A program made the translations under genes and the position numbers. Shown here piece after piece: positions 1 through 8,666 of a DNA stretch of 64,000 nucleotides. The notes below the pieces were generated by a model. That model did not search any database, was not told the origin of the DNA, and worked only from the letters and a program-made list of their open reading frames with translations. The DNA is from Dehalococcoidales bacterium. Its GTDB lineage: Bacteria > Chloroflexota > Dehalococcoidia > Dehalococcoidales > UBA5627. The DNA is taken from contig JBBAED010000001.1 in NCBI GenBank assembly GCA_041656115.1, forward strand, positions 98,873 through 162,872, given 5' to 3'. Every line of letters begins with the position of its first letter. Within the stretch, counting starts at the first letter, position 1.

Positions 1-407
1 CCGATACTGATTTCGTCGGTTGCCAGGTTGGTGTGTACGCGCTCGTCAATCCCTTCGTAATGTCCGCAGATTATAATCAGCCGGTCGTATTCGGCCAGCT
101 CCTTGGCAATTTCCTGCGAAAAAAGCCGCCCTCGGGGGGTGGTTACTATTATTGATAGCTTTTTATTTTTATCTTCCGCCCCGATAATATTTTCAACCGC
201 TTCGAAAATCGGCTCCGGCTTCATTACCATACCGGCGCCTCCCCCGTAAGGGTAGTCGTCCGTAACATGGTGTTTGTCATAGGTGTAATCGCGGATATTC
301 CAAACGTTAAAATCAATTATTTGGTTGCTAACGGCGCGTTTAAATATCCCTGTTGCCGCAAAATCTTCAAACATTTGAGGGAAAAGCGTCATTATGTCGA
401 TTCTCAA
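1..407 (-). CDS. trmD: tRNA (guanine37-N1)-methyltransferase TrmD, C-terminal part cut by the window edge
   Basis: Minus-strand translation reads (M)RIDIMTLFPQMFEDF...DYPYGGGAGMVMKPEPIFEAV...IIICGHYEGIDERV, which are typical TrmD motifs. TTG at 407 is preceded by GGAGA; an alternative ATG lies at 392. Absent from the ORF track because it runs off the window. Confidence 0.85.
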   Translation of the reverse strand, partial: MRIDIMTLFPQMFEDFAATGIFKRAVSNQIIDFNVWNIRDYTYDKHHVTDDYPYGGGAGMVMKPEPIFEAVENIIGAEDKNKKLSIIVTTPRGRLFSQEIAKELAEYDRLIIICGHYEGIDERVHTNLATDEISI

Positions 408-538
408 TCGGTTTCTCCGTATCAATATTGTTAGGTGTAATCCGTCGTTTGCCGCGGGGGCGGACGAGCTTTATTTTACCATAAAAAGATTTATAAGAAA
501 GAATTATTGATTAATTTTCAAAAAAAGGTTCTAAAGTA

Positions 539-601
539 TTGACAAATAGAGGTCTGAATGTAGTAGAATGGTAAAAAGTGGTAGAAAGTGGGGGAAAAAG
601 G
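539..601 (+). promoter_or_regulatory. Putative mraZ promoter plus MraZ operator (three 7-nt direct repeats at 10-nt periodicity)
   Basis: TTGACA at 539-544 and TAGAAT at 564-569 (spacer 19 nt, longer than ideal). Downstream are AAAGTGG (575-581), tag, AAAGTGG (585-591), ggg, AAAAAGG (595-601). This matches the AAAGTG[G/T]-N3 direct-repeat operator described for MraZ, as I recall it. Confidence 0.5.
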
Positions 602-673
602 GAAGGTTTAAACCCTTTGTGGGGCTTGGGTGGGGGAAAATAAAAAAACGTAGTAAACAGAAGGTTAGTTAAC

Positions 674-1117
674 ATGTTTTTTGGCGAGTTCGGATACAGA
701 ATGGATGAGAAAGGCAGGATTCCCCTGCCGCCGCGTTTTAGGGCGCAATTGAAAGACGGGTTGGTTTTAATCCCCGGCGTAGACAGTTGCATCACGGCGT
801 ATACCATGCCCGAATGGGCAAAAATCTCCGAATCGCTTAACAGCAAAAACGGGATAACCCCCAGTAGGCTTAGACAGCTAAACAGGGCCTTGTTCTCCAA
901 TGCTTTTCATCTCAATGTTGACGGACAGGGTAGGATCAGCTTACCGGTGCAGTTAAGAGAGCACGCCGGAATTGAAGAAGAAGTAATTGTGGTCGGTGCC
1001 AACAATTATTTGGAATTATGGAATAAGGTTGCTTGGGAAAACGAAAAGGCCAGCAGCCGTGAAAAAATGTGGGATATTATCGAAAGCATGGAAGAGAACA
1101 GAGAGGCCGATAGGTGA
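674..1117 (+). CDS. mraZ: Division/cell wall cluster transcriptional regulator MraZ
   Basis: 147 aa with two SpoVT/AbrB-like halves carrying the DxxGR motif ([10 protein letters not shown] and [10 protein letters not shown]). Sits directly upstream of rsmH with a 4-nt overlap. Confidence 0.9.
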   Translation: MFFGEFGYRMDEKGRIPLPPRFRAQLKDGLVLIPGVDSCITAYTMPEWAKISESLNSKNGITPSRLRQLNRALFSNAFHLNVDGQGRISLPVQLREHAGIEEEVIVVGANNYLELWNKVAWENEKASSREKMWDIIESMEENREADR

Positions 1118-2151
1118 TGAGGTCGTATAAAGTACATGTTCCCGTTATGCTGCAAGAGGTTATCGACGGCTTAGCCGTACAACCCGGCGGGCGTTACATT
1201 GATTGTACCGCGGGAACCGGCGGACACTCCGCCGCAATAATGAAATACAGTTCCCCGGGCGGTCAGCTTTTGGGGATTGATGCCGATCCGATTGCGGTTG
1301 AGGCGGCACGCAAAAGGCTTGTCGGTTACGGTAATTCCGTTGTAATCGAAAACGATAACTTTGTTAATCTGGAAAAGGTTTGCAATAAATATGAATTCAA
1401 GCCGGTTCACGGCATATTATTGGATCTCGGCATTTCTTCGTTGCAACTCGACAGAAGCGGCCGGGGTTTCAGTTTCCAGTATGCCGCACCTTTGGATATG
1501 AGATTTAGCCCCGAGCAAGAGGTTACGGCGGCTGATATCGTTAATACTTATTCCGAAGAGGAACTGGCACGTATAATCAGAAACTACGGTGAAGAACCGA
1601 GAAGCAACCGAATTGCCGGGCGCATTGTCAGCGAGCGTCCGTTTACGACAACCGTAGAGCTGGCCAAAACAATCGAACGCGCGGTCGGGTTTAAAAGGGG
1701 CAAGATTCATCCGGCAACAAAAACGTTTCAGGCGTTAAGGATTGCGGTTAACGATGAACTCGCGCACCTTGAACAAACCTTAAAACAAGCCGTTAACCTG
1801 TTGGGTTACGGCGGCAGGCTGGTTGTAATTACCTATCATTCCCTTGAGGACCGTATCGTAAAGCAGTTTATGCAGCACGAAGCCAAAGATTGCATCTGTC
1901 CGCCGGAAGCGATGGTTTGCAATTGTTTACATTCGGCTGTTTTGAAGTTGATTAATAAAAAAGTAATTACTCCTTCTCTGGAAGAAATAAGCCAAAATCC
2001 GCGCAGCCGCAGTGCCAAGCTGAGAATTGCCGAGCGCACCGAGGCCCGTTTGGAGCAGGGCGGGATAGAGGAAAAGAAATCCAATCCTTGTAAAAACGAT
2101 AACTTTTGGCAAAAACCTTCGATGATGAAGGATGTTTGTGACGTTCTTTAA
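1114..2151 (+). CDS. rsmH: 16S rRNA (cytosine1402-N4)-methyltransferase RsmH (MraW)
   Basis: [16 protein letters not shown]-binding [30 protein letters not shown] and [10 protein letters not shown] motifs. The C-terminal ~40 aa is an atypical extension. Confidence 0.9.
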   Translation: MMRSYKVHVPVMLQEVIDGLAVQPGGRYIDCTAGTGGHSAAIMKYSSPGGQLLGIDADPIAVEAARKRLVGYGNSVVIENDNFVNLEKVCNKYEFKPVHGILLDLGISSLQLDRSGRGFSFQYAAPLDMRFSPEQEVTAADIVNTYSEEELARIIRNYGEEPRSNRIAGRIVSERPFTTTVELAKTIERAVGFKRGKIHPATKTFQALRIAVNDELAHLEQTLKQAVNLLGYGGRLVVITYHSLEDRIVKQFMQHEAKDCICPPEAMVCNCLHSAVLKLINKKVITPSLEEISQNPRSRSAKLRIAERTEARLEQGGIEEKKSNPCKNDNFWQKPSMMKDVCDVL

Positions 2152-2260
2152 CTTTGTAAATCAGTACTGCCATGATCTCTGATAACGGGGGTCCGGTGTA
2201 TGGGAAAAATAAAAATAAAATAACTAATAAGTAAATAAAAACAAGGAGAGGAGGAACCAG

Positions 2261-3478
2261 ATGAGTAAACGATCTATAATAGCTTCGATTGATGTTGGCA
2301 CTACTAAAATCTGCACCACCATTGCCGAAACAACCGGTAACGGTGATGTTTATGTTGTCGGTGTTGGGATTACCCCTTCAAGCGGTTTGCATAAAGGGTT
2401 AGTTGTCAATATAAACGAAGCCAAAGAGGCGATTCGAAGTTCGGTCAGAAAGGCGGAGCAGTCCTGCAATTATAAGATTGAGTCGGCATACGTCGGCGTT
2501 ACAGGCAGGCATGTGGATTCGGTAAATAATACAGGGGTGGTGGCGATAACCCGCAATGACAGGCTGGTTAGGCCGGATGACTTGAAAAGGGTCCTTTCGA
2601 GCGCTCAGGGGATTAAAGTCCCCAATGACAGAAAACTTTTACATGTGATTCCCCGCGGCTACTCCGTCGACGGACAGGCGGGCGTCAAAAACCCCGTCGG
2701 TATGTACGGCTACAGATTAGATGTCGAAACACATATTATTACTGCTGCCGCAACATCAATTCAGAACTTGGTCAAATGTGTCAGAGGCATCGGCCTTGAT
2801 ATCGATGACCTGGTGCTTGAACCGTTAGCTTCCGGTGAAGCCGTTCTCTCGGAAGATGAAAAGCAGGTCGGTGTCGTCCTTGCCGATATCGGCGGCGGTA
2901 CAACCGATATTTGTATCTTTAAAGACGGCAGTATTTGGCACAGTGCAATCTTACCGGTTGCCGGTTATCAGCTAACGCGCGATATTGCTATCGGTCTCGG
3001 GTTACCGTTCGAGGTTGCCGAAGAAATGAAGCGCCGCTACGGTAGTGTTATGCCGGTCTATGAAAGCAAGATTAATGCCAACAGCCCGATTTCAGAAGAC
3101 GGACACGGCGTTTCCTATAACGACCTGTGCGATATTATCAGAGCCAGAGTTGAAGAAATTTTAAGACTTACCCTCCTTGAGATGCCCGGATCGGATTATG
3201 AGTCGCTCGTACCGGCAGGTTTGGTACTTACCGGCGGCAGCTCTAACCTCTCGGGGATTGAGGTTCTCGGACGCGATATCTTAAAACTCCCCGTTAGAGT
3301 AGGGTTACCCAACCGTGTATCCGGAATTACGGATTCACTTAACGATCCTGCATACGCAACAAGCGTCGGGTTGCTTTTGTGGGGCGCCAAAAACCAGAAT
3401 ACCAAAAAATGGAAGGGCAACTGGTTTAAGGACAGAATGAAACAAGTTACCAGCAAGCTGGTACAAATATTTAAATAA
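2261..3478 (+). CDS. ftsA: Cell division protein FtsA (actin-like ATPase)
   Basis: ASIDVGTTKICT phosphate-1 motif, DIGGGTTDI phosphate-2 motif and LTGGSSNL adenosine motif. AGGAGG lies upstream. Position immediately before ftsZ. Confidence 0.9.
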   Translation: MSKRSIIASIDVGTTKICTTIAETTGNGDVYVVGVGITPSSGLHKGLVVNINEAKEAIRSSVRKAEQSCNYKIESAYVGVTGRHVDSVNNTGVVAITRNDRLVRPDDLKRVLSSAQGIKVPNDRKLLHVIPRGYSVDGQAGVKNPVGMYGYRLDVETHIITAAATSIQNLVKCVRGIGLDIDDLVLEPLASGEAVLSEDEKQVGVVLADIGGGTTDICIFKDGSIWHSAILPVAGYQLTRDIAIGLGLPFEVAEEMKRRYGSVMPVYESKINANSPISEDGHGVSYNDLCDIIRARVEEILRLTLLEMPGSDYESLVPAGLVLTGGSSNLSGIEVLGRDILKLPVRVGLPNRVSGITDSLNDPAYATSVGLLLWGAKNQNTKKWKGNWFKDRMKQVTSKLVQIFK

Positions 3479-3511
3479 AATTAAGAATATAAGAAGGGTA
3501 GGAGGATAAAA

Positions 3512-4645
3512 ATGGCTAAGACAAGTTTTGTACCAAATCCGGCAAAAATTAAAGTTATCGGCCTTGGCGGCGGTGGCTGTAATGCCGTTACCCGCATGGT
3601 CAGGGAAGAAATTCAGGGCGTTGAATTTATAGCAATGAACACCGACGCGCAGGCACTGGCTATAACGGAAGCCCCCATCAGAATTCAGCTCGGAGAAAAA
3701 TTAACTCGCGGGCTTGGTGTTGGCGGAGACCATCTCAAGGGTCAGAAAGCAGCGGAAGAGAATAAGGACGAATTAAAAGACCTTATTACAGGGGCCGATA
3801 TGGTCTTTATCACCGCAGGCATGGGCGGCGGTACCGGAACCGGTTCCGCATCCGTAGTGGCCGAAGTTGCCAAGGAGAGCGGAGCTCTTACGATTGCGGT
3901 GGTTACCAAACCGTTCACTTTTGAAGGCGCACATCGCACCGAGGTTGCTAAAGACGGTATCGCCAAATTGTTACCGAAGGTTGATACCCTTATTATCATC
4001 CCCAACGACAGATTACTTGACCTCTGCGATCAGAAAACCGGCGTTGACAGCGCCTTTAAGATGGCAGATGATGTTTTACGCCACGGCGTACAGGCGATTT
4101 CCGAAGTTATTACCGTCCCCGGCGTAATTAACCTTGACTTTGCCGATGTAAAAGCGGTTATGAAAGATGCGGGTCCGGCTTGGATGTCCATCGGACGCGG
4201 CACCGGCAAGAACCGTGCGGTTGATGCAGCCAAAGAAGCGCTGGCCAGCCCGTTACTGGATGTAACCATTGACGGCTCAAAGGGTGTTCTCTTTAATGTT
4301 GTCGGCGGTACCGATCTTTCACTCTATGAAGTCAATGAGGCGGCGGAAGTAATCAGACAGGCAGTTGATGCCGATGCCAATATTATCTTCGGTGTAGCCA
4401 CCGATCCGAGTATGGGCAGCGATGTCAGGATTACTCTTATTACCACCGGCTTTGTTACCAAGACAGAGTTCTCCGATTCAACCGAGGAAGATGAAATCAC
4501 CAAGCAATTGAAGAACATCAGGACCGAGGACGAATTGGATATCCCGACGTTTATCAGACAGCCGCTCTATAAAAAACAGCAGGTTGTTACTCCGGTTGAC
4601 AGGATTGTCCATAACGAAAGAAAAACCAGGATGTGGTTTCAATAA
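3512..4645 (+). CDS. ftsZ: Cell division GTPase FtsZ
   Basis: GLGGGGCNAV and the tubulin signature GMGGGTGTGSA. NLDFADVKAV T7 loop. C-terminal DIPTFIRQ peptide. GGAGG RBS. Confidence 0.97.
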   Translation: MAKTSFVPNPAKIKVIGLGGGGCNAVTRMVREEIQGVEFIAMNTDAQALAITEAPIRIQLGEKLTRGLGVGGDHLKGQKAAEENKDELKDLITGADMVFITAGMGGGTGTGSASVVAEVAKESGALTIAVVTKPFTFEGAHRTEVAKDGIAKLLPKVDTLIIIPNDRLLDLCDQKTGVDSAFKMADDVLRHGVQAISEVITVPGVINLDFADVKAVMKDAGPAWMSIGRGTGKNRAVDAAKEALASPLLDVTIDGSKGVLFNVVGGTDLSLYEVNEAAEVIRQAVDADANIIFGVATDPSMGSDVRITLITTGFVTKTEFSDSTEEDEITKQLKNIRTEDELDIPTFIRQPLYKKQQVVTPVDRIVHNERKTRMWFQ

Positions 4646-4684
4646 TTCGATTTAAAAGTCAATCGGATAAATAAGACTTAATAA

Positions 4685-4725
4685 AAAGCCGCAGGCTCTA
4701 ACGCCTGCGGCTTTTGCGTTTTTAG
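4685..4725 (+). terminator. Rho-independent terminator after ftsZ
   Basis: Perfect 12-bp stem AAAGCCGCAGGC / GCCTGCGGCTTT with a 6-nt loop, followed by a T-rich tract. Confidence 0.8.
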
Positions 4726-4728
4726 ATT

Positions 4729-5110
4729 GTCTTTGCGAGGAACGAGCCCTTGGGCGAGCGACGTGGCAATCTCGCTTTTATCATACTGCTTTTCCCCTTT
4801 TGTCATCCTGAATGAAATGAAGGATCTAAGAGGACGGGAAATGTAGACTATGAGGCTGCCTCGGAGTCAAATAAGAGGCATCGTCTGGATGTGATTTGGT
4901 AACCGAACACTGCACTATTCGCTAACCCCTAGATTCTTTGCCATGCTCAGAATGACAATAACAGAAACGTCTTTGCGAGGAATGAGCCTTTGGGCGAGTG
5001 ACGTGGCAATCTCCAAGGAATTTAATCTATATGAGATTCTTCGCTTCGCTCTGAAAGACAGTGGAGTTTATTTATTAGAGATTGCTTCGCTGCGCTCGCA
5101 AAGACAAAGA
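4729..5110. repeat. Intergenic modular repeat array 1 (modules A, Y, A-D, D; plus orientation)
   Basis: Contains GTCTTTGCGAGGAAYGAGCC..GGCGAG.GACGTGGCAATCTC (A), TTGTCATCCTGAATGAAATGAAGGATCTAAGAGGACGGGAA...GCTCAGAATGACAA (Y) and GAGATTGCTTCGCTGCGCTCGCAAAGACAA (D). All three recur at seven other loci. Confidence 0.95.
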
Positions 5111-5244
5111 AGAGTTGTTTCCTCCTCTTTATCAAAATAGTCTTGCAAAGACAAAATATTCCCTCTTCTTTTACTCATTAGAAACGGCCTTACAAAGGCA
5201 AATTACTGACTAAAAACAACACTTCAAAAAATCTTTAACAATGC

Positions 5245-5299
5245 TTGACATCCACTACATATTGTGGTACCCTTGCAACGCTAATACTACATAGCGAGG
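5245..5299 (+). promoter_or_regulatory. nrdR-nrdJ promoter region with tandem NrdR boxes
   Basis: TTGACA at 5245-5250. Palindromic CCACTACATATTGTGG at 5252-5267 and a second half-conserved copy ATACTACATAGCGAGG at 5284-5299. The start-to-start offset is 32 bp, the spacing reported for tandem NrdR boxes (consensus roughly acaCwAtATaTwGtgt). Confidence 0.65.
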
Positions 5300-5306
5300 T
5301 GGCCCT

Positions 5307-5840
5307 ATGAAATGCCCCTATTGTAAAAGCGCAGATTTAAAAGTGATTGATTCCCGTGACGTCAACGAAGGCATCAGGCGACGCAGGCAATGCCTTAGTT
5401 GTAATTCAAGGTTTACTACCTACGAAAGAATACAGCCCAGCAGCCTTTTTATTATCAAAAAGGATATGCGGCGGGAAGAATTTAACAAAGAAAAACTGCT
5501 TTCGGGGATTCAGAAAGCCTGCGGAAAGCGACCGCTGCCTATCGGAGCGATTCAAGAGCTTGCCGATAACATCGAAGCCGAGTTATACGGTTTGGGGAAA
5601 AGCGAGATAGACAGTTCTAAAGTTGGTGATATGGTAATGGAAGGGTTACGCAAAATGGATTACATTGCCTATATCAGATTCGCCAGCGTCTATCGTGATT
5701 TTAGTGATATTACCGATTTAAAACACGAAATAGATGCCTTGGTTAATGCCGGAATAATCAAAAAAAATAAGGCCGGCGGGCAATTGACCCTTTTGCCCGA
5801 TGATACAACAGGAAAAAATATCCGGAAGGCGGAGAAATAG
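5307..5840 (+). CDS. nrdR: Transcriptional repressor NrdR (zinc ribbon + ATP-cone)
   Basis: MKCPYC...CLSCNSRFTTYE zinc ribbon, followed by an ATP-cone (IIKKDMRREEFNKEKLLSGIQKA). The C-terminal tail is ~25 aa longer than usual. Confidence 0.93.
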   Translation: MKCPYCKSADLKVIDSRDVNEGIRRRRQCLSCNSRFTTYERIQPSSLFIIKKDMRREEFNKEKLLSGIQKACGKRPLPIGAIQELADNIEAELYGLGKSEIDSSKVGDMVMEGLRKMDYIAYIRFASVYRDFSDITDLKHEIDALVNAGIIKKNKAGGQLTLLPDDTTGKNIRKAEK

Positions 5841-5845
5841 CTATT

Positions 5846-8500
5846 ATGAGCAAAACCAACAATTCAAAAGAAAAAATAATCGACCGTACGCAAGTTGCCC
5901 GAATAATCTTTTCGGCGGCTGATTCGATGGGAATCTCCGACAGGAAGCGGATTGAACTGTTAGCGGGCCAAGTTATCGATAGGCTGGAGCGTCCGCAAAC
6001 GTTGCCTGGCATGGAAGATTTGGTTCCCAAGAATTACCGCGCACCGCTTTCGGCAACCGAATCCGAAATCTTAAGCGTGGTTAAGGAATTTCTGGCAGAC
6101 GAGCAACCGGAAGATGAAACTGCCGGTTCGACGGAAGAAATCATATTGCAAACAGGGGATGATGTTTGCGTAGAGATAATACCGGAGGGCTCACAGGCGC
6201 TCTCCGCCCATCAAAACAAGACTATTACAAAGGAGAAAGAAGCCATGGTTGTTACTTCACAAGCTTCTCAAGGAGTTAGTTTAACCGACAATGCCCTTCA
6301 GGTGTTGGAAAGAAGATATCTAAAAAAAGATAAGCAGGGGAATCTGATTGAAACCCCCGAAGAATTATTCCGCCGTGTGGCACATACCATTGCCGCGGCG
6401 GAGACTGAATACGGCACCAAAACCGCTGCCAAAAAGTGGGAAGAGACCTTTTATAATTTAATGACTAATCTCGAATTCCTGCCCAACTCGCCGACGCTAA
6501 TGAATGCGGGCAGAGAGCTGGGGCAGCTTTCGGCCTGTTTCGTACTGCCGATTGAGGATTCGATGGAATCTATTTTTGAAACCGTTAAAAATACGGCCCT
6601 TATCCACAAAAGCGGCGGCGGTACCGGTTTTTCTTTCTCCAAATTGCGTCAAGAGATGGACAGGGTCGGCACAACCGGCGGCGTCGCCAGTGGGCCGGTT
6701 TCCTTTATGAGGGCTTTTGATGTTGCAACCGATGTAATTAAACAGGGCGGTACGCGCCGCGGTGCCAATATGGCTATTTTAAGCGTCGATCACCCCGATA
6801 TTATCAAGTTTATTACCTCAAAAGAAGATATGGTTTCTTTAACCAATTTCAATATTTCGGTAGCGGTTACCGCCGATTTTATGAAAGCGGCCCAAAACGG
6901 GGCGGATTACAATCTAATTAACCCGCGTACCAAAGAAGTTGTCGGTAAGCTCAATGCCAAGACGGTGTTTGAAAAGATGGTGGAGCTTGCCTGGAAAACG
7001 GGCGATCCGGGGATTATCTTTATCGAACGCATCAATCGCGATAACCCCACCCCGCACCTCGGGCAAATAGAAAGCACCAATCCGTGCGGAGAACAGCCGT
7101 TATTGCCTTATGAATCCTGTAATTTGGGTTCAATTAATCTAACAAAAATGCTGGTTGAAAAGGACAGCATGTTTGAAATTGATTATAACAAGCTGGCGCA
7201 GACCGTAAAAGCGGCGGTGCGTTTCTTGGATAATGTGATTGATGTTAATAAGTACCCGATTCCCGAAATCGGTGAGATGACCCGTAAAACACGTAAAATC
7301 GGCTTGGGAGTGATGGGTTTTGCCGATATGCTTCTGAAACTGGGCGTTCCCTATAACTCGGAAAAGGCGTTAATGCTGGCGGGGGATATAATGGGCTTTG
7401 TCGATAAAGAAGCCCTCGCTTATTCATCTGTTTTAGCAGACGAACGCGGGGTATTTCCGGCATTTGAGGGCAGTGTTTACGATGTTGAGGGTGGTATTAA
7501 AGTTAGAAACGCTTCCAGAACAACAATTGCGCCAACCGGCACGCTAAGCATTATTGCCGGTTGCTCCAGCGGCATTGAACCGCTGTTTGCGCTAAGTTAT
7601 ATCCGCAACATTCTCGACGGTACCAAGATGGTTGAGGTTAACCCCTATTTTGAACAGGTTGCCAGAGAGGGCGGGTTCTACTCCGACGAGTTAATGAAAA
7701 AACTGGCCAGCGGCGAACATTTGGCCGATATCGAAGGCATTCCCGCAAAGATAAAAGAAGTTTTTGTAACGGCGCATGAAATCGATACCTCATGGCATAT
7801 CTGGATGCAATCGGCGTTCCAGAAACACACCAACAACGCCGTTTCCAAAACGGTTAATTTTGCCAGAGAGGCGACCCAAGGTGACATTGCGCGCGTTTAT
7901 ATGATGGCCTATGAAGAAGGGTTAAAAGGGATTACCATTTATCGCGATGGCAGCCGTGACGGACAGGTCCTTTCAACCGGCTCGCAAAAGAAAGAAGAAA
8001 AAGCGGCGGCTGTGGTTGAGCATACCCCTCGCCGCAGAGCCAAGGTAACCACCGGCTTTACGGAAAAGGTCAATACCGGCTGCGGACACCTCTATGTTAC
8101 CGTTAACTCCGACGAGCACGGTATTTGCGAAGTGTTTTCCAGTTTAGGCAAATCGGGCGGGTGTGCTTCGGCGCAGCTGGAAGCTATTTGCCGTTTAATC
8201 TCGCTTGCTTTAAGATCGGGGATTGAGGTTAGCTCACTGGTTAAACAGCTTGAAGGTATTCGCTGCCCGTCTATTGCTTGGGAGGGCGGCAAATCAACCC
8301 TTTCCTGTGCCGATGCCATCGCCGGTGTTTTGGATGGCCATTTTAAAGCAACCAATGGCAGCGAGGAAGCGGCTGAAAAGCCGGTTAAAGATTACGGGCT
8401 TGTAAAAAATATTGCCGGGCAATGCCCCGATTGCGGAAGTATCCTTGTTTTTGAGGAAGGCTGTTTTAAATGCCCCGGCTGCGGTTATACCAAATGTTAA
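5846..8500 (+). CDS. nrdJ: Adenosylcobalamin-dependent (class II) ribonucleotide reductase NrdJ with N-terminal extension and C-terminal zinc ribbon
   Basis: LERRYL, LPNSPTLMNAG, ACFVL, GGGTGFSFS, NPCGEQPL and SCNLGSINL active-site motifs, then TIYRDGSR. C-terminal CPDCG...CFKCPGCG. The first ~140 aa have no motif I recognise, so the true start could be internal. Confidence 0.9.
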   Translation: MSKTNNSKEKIIDRTQVARIIFSAADSMGISDRKRIELLAGQVIDRLERPQTLPGMEDLVPKNYRAPLSATESEILSVVKEFLADEQPEDETAGSTEEIILQTGDDVCVEIIPEGSQALSAHQNKTITKEKEAMVVTSQASQGVSLTDNALQVLERRYLKKDKQGNLIETPEELFRRVAHTIAAAETEYGTKTAAKKWEETFYNLMTNLEFLPNSPTLMNAGRELGQLSACFVLPIEDSMESIFETVKNTALIHKSGGGTGFSFSKLRQEMDRVGTTGGVASGPVSFMRAFDVATDVIKQGGTRRGANMAILSVDHPDIIKFITSKEDMVSLTNFNISVAVTADFMKAAQNGADYNLINPRTKEVVGKLNAKTVFEKMVELAWKTGDPGIIFIERINRDNPTPHLGQIESTNPCGEQPLLPYESCNLGSINLTKMLVEKDSMFEIDYNKLAQTVKAAVRFLDNVIDVNKYPIPEIGEMTRKTRKIGLGVMGFADMLLKLGVPYNSEKALMLAGDIMGFVDKEALAYSSVLADERGVFPAFEGSVYDVEGGIKVRNASRTTIAPTGTLSIIAGCSSGIEPLFALSYIRNILDGTKMVEVNPYFEQVAREGGFYSDELMKKLASGEHLADIEGIPAKIKEVFVTAHEIDTSWHIWMQSAFQKHTNNAVSKTVNFAREATQGDIARVYMMAYEEGLKGITIYRDGSRDGQVLSTGSQKKEEKAAAVVEHTPRRRAKVTTGFTEKVNTGCGHLYVTVNSDEHGICEVFSSLGKSGGCASAQLEAICRLISLALRSGIEVSSLVKQLEGIRCPSIAWEGGKSTLSCADAIAGVLDGHFKATNGSEEAAEKPVKDYGLVKNIAGQCPDCGSILVFEEGCFKCPGCGYTKC

Positions 8501-8531
8501 TTTCGTTTAGAATTATTTAGTGCCGGTTTTT

Positions 8532-8562
8532 ACCCGCTCCTTTTGGGGAGCGGGTATTTTTA
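8532..8562 (+). terminator. Rho-independent terminator after nrdJ
   Basis: Stem ACCCGCTCC / GGAGCGGGT with a short loop, followed by ATTTTTATGTTTT. Confidence 0.75.
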
Positions 8563-8666
8563 TGTTTTCTATCGTTACTTTTTCGTTTGAGACGGGTCTA
8601 AGGTTGAATATTAATTTTCCAGGCGTTATATTCATAGGTGATAATATTTAATTACAGTTAGGAAAA

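Noticed and set aside
511-900. 129-aa minus-strand ORF overlapping the mraZ promoter and 5' end, and the many antisense or alternative-frame ORFs inside rsmH, ftsZ, nrdJ, pheT, the S-layer-like gene, terL, rseP and ATPase genes
   Set aside because: They are embedded in well-supported genes on the other strand or frame, have low-complexity composition and no RBS. These are typical shadow ORFs.
4943-5140. ORFs lying wholly within the repeat arrays: 4943-5140, 10304-10546, 10632-10841, 13278-13463, 19701-19892, 26729-26917, 27022-27255, 27059-27355, 31230-31526, 31577-31783, 32824-33015, 36658-37047, 36749-37075, 37218-37457
   Set aside because: Their sequences are translations of the A/Y/Z/D repeat modules and occur in both orientations and in several frames ([38 protein letters not shown] and similar). 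They lack RBSs. They are repeat artefacts, not genes.
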